Origin: Octopus sinensis
Taxonomy: Eukaryota
Length of the DNA stretch: 15,823 nucleotides
Assembly: GCF_006345805.1 (NCBI RefSeq)
Contig: NW_021825316.1
Span: 1-15,823 of the forward strand
Direction of reading: 5' to 3'
Shown here: one piece after another, positions 1 through 8,864 of the stretch
Layout of the letters: the number at the start of each line of letters is the position of its first letter
How positions within the stretch are numbered: the stretch's first letter is position 1
Notes under the pieces: generated by a model
The model's database searches: none
What the model was told of the DNA's origin: nothing
The model's input: only the letters and a program-made list of their open reading frames with translations
Program-made: the position numbers and the translations under genes

Positions 1-280
1 GTGTGTATGTGTGAGTGTGTGTATGTGTGTGTGTATGTGCGAGTGTGAGTGTATGCGTGTGTATGTGTGAGTGTGTGTATGTGTGTGTATGTGTGTATGT
101 GTGTGTGTATGTGTGAGTGTGTGTATGTGTGTGTATATGTGAGTGTATGTATGTGTGAGTGTGTGTGTGAGTGTGTGTGTGAGTGTGTGTGTGTGTGTAT
201 GTGTGTGTGTATTTGTGTGTGTGTATGTGTGTGTATATGTGTGTGTGAGTGTATGCGTGTATATGTGTGTGTGTATGTAT
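1..280. repeat. Imperfect (TG)n microsatellite with TGTA/TGAG variants
   Basis: Directly visible dinucleotide run; it accounts for the Cys/Val ORFs 49..282 and 143..508. Confidence 0.97.
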
Positions 281-299
281 GAGCTTTTTTCTTTTTGTA

Positions 300-458
300 T
301 GAAGCCTGGTACTTATTCTATCGTTCTCTTTGCTGAACCGCTTAGTTACGAGCACGTAGACACACAGACAACAGTTGTCAAGCGACGGCGAAGGACAAAC
401 TCAGACACAAAGACACACACATATATGACGGTTTTTTTTCAGCTTCTGGCTATCAAGG
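300..458 (-). mobile_element. Family A SINE, internal/3' fragment (diverged)
   Basis: Reverse complement matches the family A segment (cttgacaac...tacgt...taactaagcggttcagcaaagagaacgatagaataagtacc) seen in the full copies, e.g. at 5960-6045. Confidence 0.8.
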
Positions 459-464
459 CCATTC

Positions 465-936
465 ACCCCGAAAGGATGAAAGGCAAAGTCGACCTCGGCG
501 GAATTTGAGCTCAGAACGTAACGGCAGACGAAATACCTATTTCTTTACTACCCACAAGGGGCTAAACACAGAGAGGACAAACAAGGACAAAGAAACGGAT
601 TAAGTCGATTATATCGATCCCAGTGCGTAACTGGTACTTATTTAATCGACCCCGAAAGGATGAAAGGCAAAGTCGACCTCAGAACGTAACGACAGACGAA
701 ATACCTATTTCTTTACTACTCATAAGGGGCTAAACACAGAAGGGACAGACAAGGACAAACAAACGGATTAAGTCGATTACATCGACCCCAGTGCGTTACT
801 GGTTCTTATTTAATCGACCCCGAAAGGATGAAAGGCAAAGTCGACCTCAGCAGAATTTGAACTCAGAACGTACCGGCAGACGAAATACGGCTAAGCATTT
901 CGCTCGATCTGCTAACGTTTCTGCCAGCTCGCCACC
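465..936 (-). mobile_element. Family B SINE array 1: head + 2 full bodies + partial third body (tRNA-like head, Meta-like central domain)
   Basis: Head at ~890-936 (rc ggtggcgagctggcagaaacgttagc). Bodies at 706-889 (184 bp), 538-705 (168 bp, 16-bp deletion) and a partial one at 465-537. Core gcctttcatcctttcggggtcgattaaataagtacc resembles the Meta/MESC SINE domain (from recall). B-box-like gagttcaaatt. Confidence 0.88.
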
Positions 937-1256
937 TTACCGTCTTAATAATAATGATGAAGCATTTTGTATCATATATTTCGTACTGAAAGTAGGATGC
1001 TTGTCAAAAGGCAACTGTACTCTGTGTGTTCTTCGCTTTTCGGAATGTTTGTTAGAAATTATAGAATATATTTTTGCAACAAAACACCCCCACCTTCCGC
1101 TTCCTTTATTGCTATAAATCATGAAGCATGATATCTCTTTCCTTAGCAACATATCCAGCAAACTTAATAATCTTAATTCGTTATTGCCAGGAAAGCAAAG
1201 AAAAATAAAAAGAATTAAAAAAACAAAAACAAAAAAAAGAAAGACTGCTTGTTGAC

Positions 1257-1296
1257 TGAAAGCAGCGATAGACATTTTCGTCTATCGCTGCTTTCA
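1257..1296. other. Perfect 17-bp inverted repeat (hairpin, 6-nt loop)
   Basis: tgaaagcagcgatagac (1257-1273) / attttc / gtctatcgctgctttca (1280-1296); the arms are exact reverse complements. Confidence 0.95.
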
Positions 1297-1642
1297 TTTC
1301 TAAATTGGTACAGATAATCTAAGATGAACATTTCCAGACGTCAGTTTTTACCATTTTCAACACGATAGGATTGCTTGAAACATAAACTCGTTGTCGTGGG
1401 ATATAATTACCGATCGTGACTATTGACAATCATTGTCTGACATCATGGTACAGTGATTCCGAGATATTATTGCCGTTGCATTCACTGTTTCCAGTTTGTC
1501 CATTGCCGAGACAATGAACGGGAGGAGAAATTAATAAAATTAGCGAATGAATAATGATACAACACGATCGGATGCCGACGTCACGACAAACAACACTTGT
1601 GATCTATGGCGTAGCTGGAGCTATGTGCCGCACAGGCCCACC

Positions 1643-1883
1643 TTTTGCTTTTTTTTTGTCTTTTTTGTAGTTATTGGGCAACGGTCATGCTGGAGCACCA
1701 CCATGACGGGGATTTTGTCGAACGAATTGACCCTGGTACTTATTATTAATTTTTTCTTTCAAGTCTGGTACATGTTCTATCATTCTCTTTTGTTGAACCG
1801 TTTAGTAACGAGGTCGTAAACAAAGCAACACCGGTTGTCAAGCGGTGGAGAGACAAACGCAGACACCAAGACACAGACACACA

Positions 1884-1925
<42 letters not shown>

Positions 1926-2320
1926 TTATACGACGAGGGCTTTTCAGTTTCCGTTTACCGAATCGACTTCAGTTATGGGGTCGGAAACCTCCGTGTTGGA
2001 GTAGTGCTGGCCTGGGTCAAGAGGGTGGCTGCTGGAAGATCCTATGTCTGTCAACAGGATCCTGCACCATGCCACACAAACAGGAGAACCCAGAGCCAAC
2101 ACTACCATAAAGCACAACTAAAATAAATACACACACACACACACATTTATACGACGAGGGTTTTTCAGTTTCCGTTTACCGAAACGACTTACAAGGCTTT
2201 GGTCGGCCCCCGGGACTGTAGTACAAGACGCTTTGCCCAAGGGATCAAGCAGCAGGATTTATTCTGAATCATAAATTCGAATAGTAATACCCAAACCCCT
2301 AAACACACAGCCACGCCCCA
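1643..2320 (-). mobile_element. Family A SINE, old diverged copy interrupted by an internal duplication and a transposase fragment
   Basis: rc head ggcgtggctgtgtg at ~2320, CORE-like cccttgggcaaagcgtctt at ~2225-2245, internal (CA)n, and 3' ggtggtgctccagcatgacc at ~1683-1702. Confidence 0.8.
1998..2096 (+). pseudogene. Tc1/mariner-superfamily (maT/DD37D-like) transposase fragment around the second catalytic Asp
   Basis: Translates as GVVLAWVKRVAAGRSYVCQQDPAPCHTNRRTQS, matching the (F/W)QQD(N/S/G)APxH motif of Tc1/mariner DDD/E domains. Subfamily call is from recall. Confidence 0.8.
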
Positions 2321-2446
2321 GGTCACCAGAAAAATACAGCAAATCGATTATTTTGTTTCCCGTGTTTGTTATTTTCTATACAACGAGAAAGTGGTTGGTG
2401 GTGGTGGTCGTGGGTGAATGATATTGTGATTTAATTCATTTGTCTA

Positions 2447-2634
2447 GGCGTGGGCAAGGCTGTGTGGGTGGGTAAGAAGCTCACTTTTCAAGCATATGAT
2501 TCTGGGTTCAGTCCCACTATGCGGTACCTTGGACAAGTATCTTCTACGATGGTCCCCGGCCGAACAATGCCGAGTGAGCGAAACGGGTAAACGAAAACTA
2601 TGCGGAATCCCATCACACACACACACACACGCAT

Positions 2635-2665
<31 letters not shown>

Positions 2666-2875
2666 CACACATAATACACGCACACATGTGTCCGTATGTG
2701 TGTCTTTACACTTGACAACCGGTGTTGGTTTGTGTACATCCCCGTAAGCTAGCGGCTCAGCAAAAAGACAAAACAAAAAATTAGTCCTAGGATCGATCTG
2801 TTCGACAGAAAATCTTGAGGGCGGTGCTCCAGCATGGTCGCAGTCCAATGACTTAAGCAAACGATAAAAGACAGA
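2447..2875 (+). mobile_element. Family A SINE, diverged full-length copy
   Basis: Head ggcgtgggcaaggctgtgtgg, B-box-like ggttcagtccc, CORE-like ccttggacaagtatctt, internal (CA)n/(TA)n, tail ggcggtgctccagcatggtcgcagtccaatgact. Confidence 0.87.
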
Positions 2876-3371
2876 GATTTAATGCTACCACTTGATAGTT
2901 TTTCTATTAAAGAACCTCGTGATGCAAAAAGCTATTAATTTTTATGGTATTGCATTTTAAGAATTAACAATTTTTTTTATATCTTTCTGAATATTTTGAT
3001 TAAAAATGGAAGATGAAAAAAGAATTCCGTATGAAAGTGTGAAGGATGAGGTCAAACACATTGAGATATTCTTAGTCGCTCATTTCCTGAGAAAAATTGA
3101 CTTATTGCTATTTATAGTAAACACAATCTGACGCAGGGCTGACTAGGCTTGTCTAATTTGCATAATAGTGCAAGCGCTAGCTAAGTGAATTAATTAAAAG
3201 CAACACGATGCGAAGAAGAATGTATATTTTTAACCTTTGGTGTGGAAAGTACACAGACTGTCAATATTCAGAGCCAGGCTGCGAAGCTACGATTACTTTT
3301 ACTAAAGACGCATACTCGTAAGTTTACCTTGCGTCACTATCGTTATGCATTGTAGCGTCTTCATTAATCAG

Positions 3372-3443
3372 CACACACACACACATACCCCCACCACACA
3401 TATATCATAATCATCATCATCATCATCATCATCGTCGTCGTCG
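3372..3443. repeat. (CA)n, (CAT)n and (CGT)n compound microsatellite
   Basis: Directly visible. Confidence 0.9.
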
Positions 3444-3499
3444 AGCATGTCACCAACAAACCCTCTTATTCGCCAACATCTGTACATCCAAGTAGCATG

Positions 3500-4062
3500 A
3501 AACATCATTTATCACTCAAAATTCACTCTCCATTACTCACCACTCACTATTCGTCATCCATCTTCCACCATCCTCTATCTTCTACCTCTCAGGATGCACG
3601 TCGCATCACTCGCCCTCAATCATTCATACCTCACCATCAATCATCAACCATCCACAATTTTCTATCAATCATTCATCATCAAACCTCTACTACTCACCTT
3701 CAGTCTTCCATCAACCACCATTCATCCCTCACCATCCCGCATCAATTATCAACCACCCACCACTCACCATCAACCATCAATCATCCACCACTTGGTATCC
3801 CTCATCCTTCATTCTTCAATCATTATCAGTCCTCCATAATCCCCTTCTGTCTTCCACCATCCACCATGCATCACTCACCATCCACTACTAATCATTAATC
3901 ACACACCGCTCACCATCAGTCATCGACCATCCACCATTTGCCATCTGTCATCCATCATTCATTATCAATCCTCTACTACCCTCCCCGATGTCTTCCTTTA
4001 TCAACCATTAACCACTCGCCATCAATTACCAGTCAGCTATCATTCGCCACTGTTCACTCACC
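3500..4062. repeat. Degenerate C/A/T-rich low-complexity tract (CCAT/TCA/CACCATC motifs)
   Basis: G-poor strand with recurring caccatc, tcatca and atcaacc words; produces the His/Ser/Pro ORF 3497..3898. Confidence 0.8.
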
Positions 4063-4065
4063 GTA

Positions 4066-4116
4066 AACACACGCATACACACACATACCTTCACACACGC
4101 GCACACAATAGAGATC

Positions 4117-4154
<38 letters not shown>

Positions 4155-4545
4155 TATGCATTACGTACATAGACAACCACACGTACACATACCAACACAT
4201 ACACAACTATAGGAAAACATACAGCGATACATAAATACATACACACATGCTACAAATACATACGCATACATACACACACATTCACACACACATTTCTTAC
4301 ACACATATCACAGCAAATCTCTACGCACACACATAAAAACACGCACACAAACAGACACATGAATACACACGCACACACACACAAACGCACACACACACAC
4401 ACACACACACAAATGAACACACGCACACACACACACGCACACACACACGCACACACACGCACACACACACACACACGAACACACACACACACACGTACAC
4501 ACACGCACACACACGCACACACAAACAAACACACATGAACACACG

Positions 4546-4583
<38 letters not shown>

Positions 4584-4800
4584 GGAACACACACACACAC
4601 GCACACACACGCACACACACACACATGCACACACACATGCACACACACACAAATGCACACACAATACTGATCCAGAAACACAAAGCTGCCAGCACTCACA
4701 CAATTATACAACTACATAGACACATACACACACACACACACAGACACACACACATATACGCACACACAGATATATGTACACACACACACACGCACACACA
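4066..4800. repeat. Long imperfect (CA)n microsatellite
   Basis: Directly visible, with GCAC and AAAC interruptions. Confidence 0.97.
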
Positions 4801-4834
4801 TATCGTCTGGGCTGTAGTTTCGGTTTCTCAAGCG

Positions 4835-4900
4835 CATTCCCCGCCCTTCCATCCGCGCCACCCTCTGATGACGTCACAAAGTGTAAACGAATGCACGTGC
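4835..4900. promoter_or_regulatory. Candidate cis-regulatory motif cluster (GC box, full CRE, E-box)
   Basis: ccccgccc 4839-4846, TGACGTCA 4869-4876 and CACGTG 4894-4899 in a short unique CpG-containing island. Motif match only. Confidence 0.3.
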
Positions 4901-4943
4901 GTGGTGCAGCCAAGTCAGCATTTGTGATGTATTAACATGCAGC

Positions 4944-5573
4944 AGGTGGTTGTGGTGGTGGTGGTCATGGTGGTGGAGAGGCGTTGACCCCGATAATGGT
5001 GGTGGGGTTGGTAGTAGTAGTAGTAGTGGAGGGTGCTGGTGCTTGTAATAGTAGTAAAGGTGGTGGTGGTGGTTTTGATGGTAATAGCAGTAGTGGTGGT
5101 GATAGTGGTGGTGGGTGGTGGCAGTAGTAGTAGTAGTTGTAGTAGTAGTGGTGGTAGTGGTGGTATTGGTAGTAGTAGTAGTTGTGATGGGGCTGGTGGT
5201 GGTTGTGGTAATGGTGATGGTGTGGGCTGGTGGTGGTAGTAGTAGTAGTAATATTATTATTAATAGTGGTGTGGAGGTGGTGGTGGAGGTGGTGGTGGTA
5301 GGGCTGGTGGTGGTGGTGGTGGTAGTAGTAATATTATTATTATTAGTAGTGGTGTGGAGGTGGTGGAGGTAGAAGTGATGGTGGGGGGCTGGTGGTGGTA
5401 TTATTAGCATTATTATTATTATTAGTAGTAGTAGTGGTTATGGTGGTGGTGGTGGTGATAGTAGTAGTTGTATTGGAGCTAGTTTTGGTAATAGTAGTAG
5501 TGGTGTACTGGTGATGGTGGTGGGGTGGGGGAGGCAGGTGTAGTGGTTGTGGTGACAATAGTAGCAGTAGTAA

Positions 5574-5616
<43 letters not shown>

Positions 5617-5620
5617 GTAG
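4944..5620. repeat. Compound trinucleotide tract (GGT)n/(AGT)n/(ATT)n
   Basis: Directly visible; source of the poly-V/T/L/H/Y ORFs. Confidence 0.96.
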
Positions 5621-5696
5621 TGCGTGTGTGTGAGAGGAATGGAAGTTGTCTACGTGGAAGGTGAAAGACATTACATCGTGGCATCGCCATTATATT

Positions 5697-5698
<2 letters not shown>

Positions 5699-5731
<33 letters not shown>
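5699..5731. repeat. (CA)n microsatellite
   Basis: Directly visible. Confidence 0.95.
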
Positions 5732-5732
<1 letters not shown>

Positions 5733-5748
5733 TCATACTTATGAAGTG

Positions 5749-6146
5749 GGAGTGGCTGTGTGGTAAGTAGCTTGCTAACCAACCACATGGTTCCGGGTTC
5801 AGTCCCACTGCGTGGCATCCTGGGCAAGTGTCCTCTGCTATAGCCTCGGGTCGACCAATGCCTCGTGAGTGGATTTGGTAGACGGAAACTGAAAGAAGCC
5901 TGTCGTATATATGTATATATATATATATATATGCGTGTGTGCGTTTGTGTTTGTCTCCCTAGCATTGCTTGACAACCGATGCTGCTGTGTTTACGTACCC
6001 ATTACTTAGCGGTTCGGCAAAAGAGACCGATAGAATAAGTACTGGGCTTATAAAGAATAAGTCCCGGGGTCGATTTGCTCGACTAAAGGCGGTGCTCCAG
6101 CATGGCCGCAGTCAAATGACTGAAACAAGTAAAAGAGTAAAGAGAG
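5749..6146 (+). mobile_element. Family A tRNA-derived CORE-like SINE, near full length
   Basis: A-box-like tggctgtgtgg, B-box-like ggttcagtccc, CORE-like ccttgggcaagtgtc, internal (TA)n(TG)n, tail gactgaaacaagtaaaagagtaaagagag. Closely matches the copies at 6482, 10432 and 11932. Confidence 0.93.
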
Positions 6147-6267
6147 TTATACTCGCACACACACCAACACACACACGCACATTCATTCTTATACTCGCGC
6201 ACACACCCACAACTTTGCAAGTGAACACACAAGGCTATTGTAAAGAGGTGAAACTTCAATTTCCTAT

Positions 6268-6480
6268 GTGAAGGCGCTTAGCGTAGTGCTTAAGGTATTC
6301 GGCTTACGATCGTAATGTTGTGAGTTCGATTCCCAGTGGTTCGCTGTCTCCTTAAGCAAGACATTTTATTTCTCGTTGCTCCAGTCCACTCAGCTGGCAA
6401 AACTGAGTCGTACCAGTAATTCAAAGGGGAAGCAATGTAACACTGGATATCCCTGACAACTACGTTAAGTGTTCTCGTTA
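6268..6480 (+). mobile_element. Older tRNA-headed SINE (family C), 5' part
   Basis: A-box-like tagcgtagtg 6279-6288, B-box agttcgattcc 6323-6333, CORE-like ccttaagcaagacattt at ~6350-6368. Cut off by the family A copy at 6482. Confidence 0.7.
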
Positions 6481-6481
6481 A

Positions 6482-6880
6482 GGCGCAGGAGTGGCTGTGT
6501 GGTAAGTAGCATGCTTACCAACCACATGGCGTCGGGTTCAGTCCCACTGCGTGGCATCTTGGGCAAGTGTCTTCTACTATAGCCTATAGCCGACCAAAAC
6601 CTTGTGAGTGGATTTGGTAGACGGAAACTGAAAGAAGCCCGTCGTATAAATGCATATATATATATATATATGTGTGTGTTTATCCCCTTAGCATTGCTTG
6701 ACAACCGATGCTGGTGTGTTTATGTCCCCGTCACTTAGCGGTTCGGCAAAAGAGACCGATAGGATAAGTACTGGGATTACAAAGAATAAGTCCCGGGGTG
6801 GATTTGCTCGACTAAAGACGGTGCTCCAGCATGGCCGCAGTCAAATGACTGAAACAAGTAAAAGAGAGTAAAAGAGAGAG
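6482..6880 (+). mobile_element. Family A SINE, full length
   Basis: Starts ggcgcaggagtggctgtgtggtaag, has all family A modules, ends gtaaaagagagtaaaagagagag. Confidence 0.94.
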
Positions 6881-6984
6881 TGTCTGTAGTGTACTCAGCC
6901 ATTTGCACATGTTCATTTCACGCCAACCAGGCCTTTCACGAAACCCTTAAGGCCAGCAAATTTTCAGCATCCCTCGTATACATA

Positions 6985-7330
6985 CAGGGTGCGATGGGTA
7001 AATTTTGCGCATGCGCATTGTTTGTTTTTGATTTTGTTGACTACGCAGTATAGTAGGGTCAGTTGGGCACCGTCTGTGAGAAAACCAGCACCATGACGCA
7101 ATTCAATCAGCCAGGAATTTGGAAACGACAAGCTGTACTGCTTGGCATTCACGCCGGAAGCTCCAATACGGGCATTTCAGAGTGTTTCGGTATCAATCTG
7201 AGAACAGTGCAATCCTAGGACATGTACCGAGAGTGATAAAAATCAAACATCCAGTCAATATCATGGTGCGTGGAGTGATCACCTTCATCTTCCCACACGG
7301 CCTCACACTCAACACGGAGGCCTACATCAT
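6985..7330 (+). mobile_element. Internally deleted Tc1/mariner (maT-like) DNA transposon remnant: left end, N-terminal HTH-like segment and catalytic-domain piece
   Basis: TA|CAGGGTG terminus at 6983-6991. ATG 7093 to TAG 7218 encodes MTQFNQPGIWKRQAVLLGIHAGSSNTGISECFGINLRTVQS (HTH-like). Another frame then gives VPRVIKIKHPVNIMVRGVIT-FIFPHGLTLNTEAYI, similar to the KHPxxxMVWGxI...NxxxY region of Tc1/maT transposases. Confidence 0.82.
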
Positions 7331-7341
7331 ATATATATATA

Positions 7342-7758
7342 GGATCTTTTCGGTTTGAACGGCAGTTTTTTCTAGCGGTGTCATATAAATTGTCACCCAT
7401 AATTATGACCCTAGTATCGATCTATTGCATTTCAATCTGTTTTAGGGTTAGGGTTAAAGTTAGGGTTAGTTAGGTTTAGGGTTTGGGTTAGGGTTGGGGG
7501 TGGGGGAAGGGTATCTTTTTTCTTCAGAAATGTAAATAAACCCAATCTGTTTCTTAAGCGACGGACATATTCATACGGCACAGAATGTTTTCACCTCAAT
7601 AGACGTTATTGATTGGTTGAAATTGCAGAAATTGAAGAAAAAAAACAACAAACTTACAAACTATAGAATTTTCTCAATAAAGCCAAGAGAAAAAGTTTAA
7701 AAGTGTTTAGTTACGTGGAAATTATTTTAAAAAACTGCCGTTCAAACCGAAAAGATCC
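7342..7758. mobile_element. 417-bp MITE with perfect 30-bp terminal inverted repeats, inserted in (TA)n
   Basis: ggatcttttcggtttgaacggcagtttttt (7342-7371) is the exact reverse complement of aaaaaactgccgttcaaaccgaaaagatcc (7729-7758). TA/TATA on both sides; no coding capacity. Confidence 0.95.
7442..7511 (+). repeat. Degenerate telomere-like (TTAGGG)n and G-runs inside the MITE
   Basis: ttagggttagggttaaagttagggttagttaggtttagggtttgggttagggttgggggtgggggaaggg. Confidence 0.9.
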
Positions 7759-8047
7759 TATATAATATATATATATATATAGTTACAATGTCTTACAGAA
7801 TTTGACCTTCAAGCTTTGCACCAGCAGTCCATGAGGACGAAGATGCTGGTTTTCTTATTCTTTCCCGTTTTCTCGTTCCGTTTTTTGCTTCAACCTTCTT
7901 CGCGCTTTCTTATTCTGTTAGTTGTTTTCATCTCGTTTGATTCTCTCGTGTTTTTTTCTTTTTTTTGTCGTAGTCCAGAGTCCTGGTTTGTAAATGTATT
8001 TAACCTATGAACTAAGCTTGAAAAGATTGCTTAGAGACACACGTCAG

Positions 8048-8215
8048 AAAATGGGTTTTCTTTCTGATTCGGTCTACCAAGTCCGCTCACAATAATCTGG
8101 TCGGCTCGAGTCTATAAAAGAAAAGAAAAAAAAATGCCAAAAGGTGTACACCCTGCGGGACTGAACTCGGAACATTTGTGGATGGAAATGAAACTTCTTA
8201 CCACATAGCCACACC
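8048..8215 (-). mobile_element. Family A SINE, diverged 5' half
   Basis: rc reads ggtgtggctatgtggtaagaag...ttccgagttcagtcccgcag...tatagactcgagccgacc...tgtgagcggacttggtagacc. Confidence 0.78.
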
Positions 8216-8272
8216 AGTTTAGAATGCGGTATTCTAAAGTTCCTGTTCAGAGGTTATATTCTTGTGGTTGAA

Positions 8273-8864
8273 GGGTCGTGAGCTGGCAGAAACGTTAGCA
8301 CGCCGGACGAAATGCTTAGTGATATTTCATCTGTCTACGTTCTGAGTTCAAACTCCGCCGAAGTCGACTTTGCCTTTCATCCTTTCGGGGTCGATTAGAT
8401 AAGTACCAGTTACGCACTGGAGTCGATGTAATCGACTTAATCCATTTGTCTGTCCTTGTTTGTCCCCTCTGTGTTTAGCCCCTTGTGGGTAGAAATAGGT
8501 ATTTCGTCTGCCGCTATGTTCTGAGCTCAAATTCCGCCGAGGTCGATTTTGCCTTTCATCCTTTCGGGGTCGATTAATAAGTACCAGTTACGCACTAGGG
8601 TCGATGTAATCGACTTAATCCGTGTGTCTGTCCTTGTTGGTCCTCTCTGTGTTTAGCCCCTTGTGGGGAGTAAAGAAATAGGTATTTCGTCTGCCATTAC
8701 GTTCTGAGTTTAAATTCCGCTTAGGTCGACTTTGCCTTTCATCCTTTCGGGGTCGATTAAATAAGTACCAGTTACGCACTGGAGTCGAAGTAATCGACTT
8801 AATCCCTTTGTTTGTCCTTGTTTGTCCCTTCTATGTGTAGTCCCCTGTGTGCAATAAAAAAATA
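8273..8864 (+). mobile_element. Family B SINE array 2: head + 3 tandem bodies with an 18-bp TSD
   Basis: Head ~8273-8319; bodies start at ~8320, 8498 and 8681 (period 183-184). Flanked by tatattcttgtggttgaa (8255-8272) and tatattcttgttgttgaa (8865-8882), 1 mismatch. Confidence 0.92.

Noticed and set aside
3497-3898. 133-aa His/Ser/Pro-rich ORF with ATG
   Set aside because: It lies in a G-poor low-complexity tract where stop codons are depleted by composition; no other coding evidence.
4865-4895. CTGATGA as a hammerhead core
   Set aside because: No GAAA after a stem II and no stem I/III pairing; it overlaps the CRE motif.
7442-7500. Chromosome end or telomere fusion site
   Set aside because: Short, degenerate, single orientation and enclosed within MITE TIRs.
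7821-7849. ccagca-GTCC-ATGA-GGAC-GAA-ga-tgctgg, resembling hammerhead stem II plus GAA
   Set aside because: The CUGANGA box is absent and GAAA reads GAAG; it is only a small hairpin, possibly within an unrecognised repeat at ~7780-8010.
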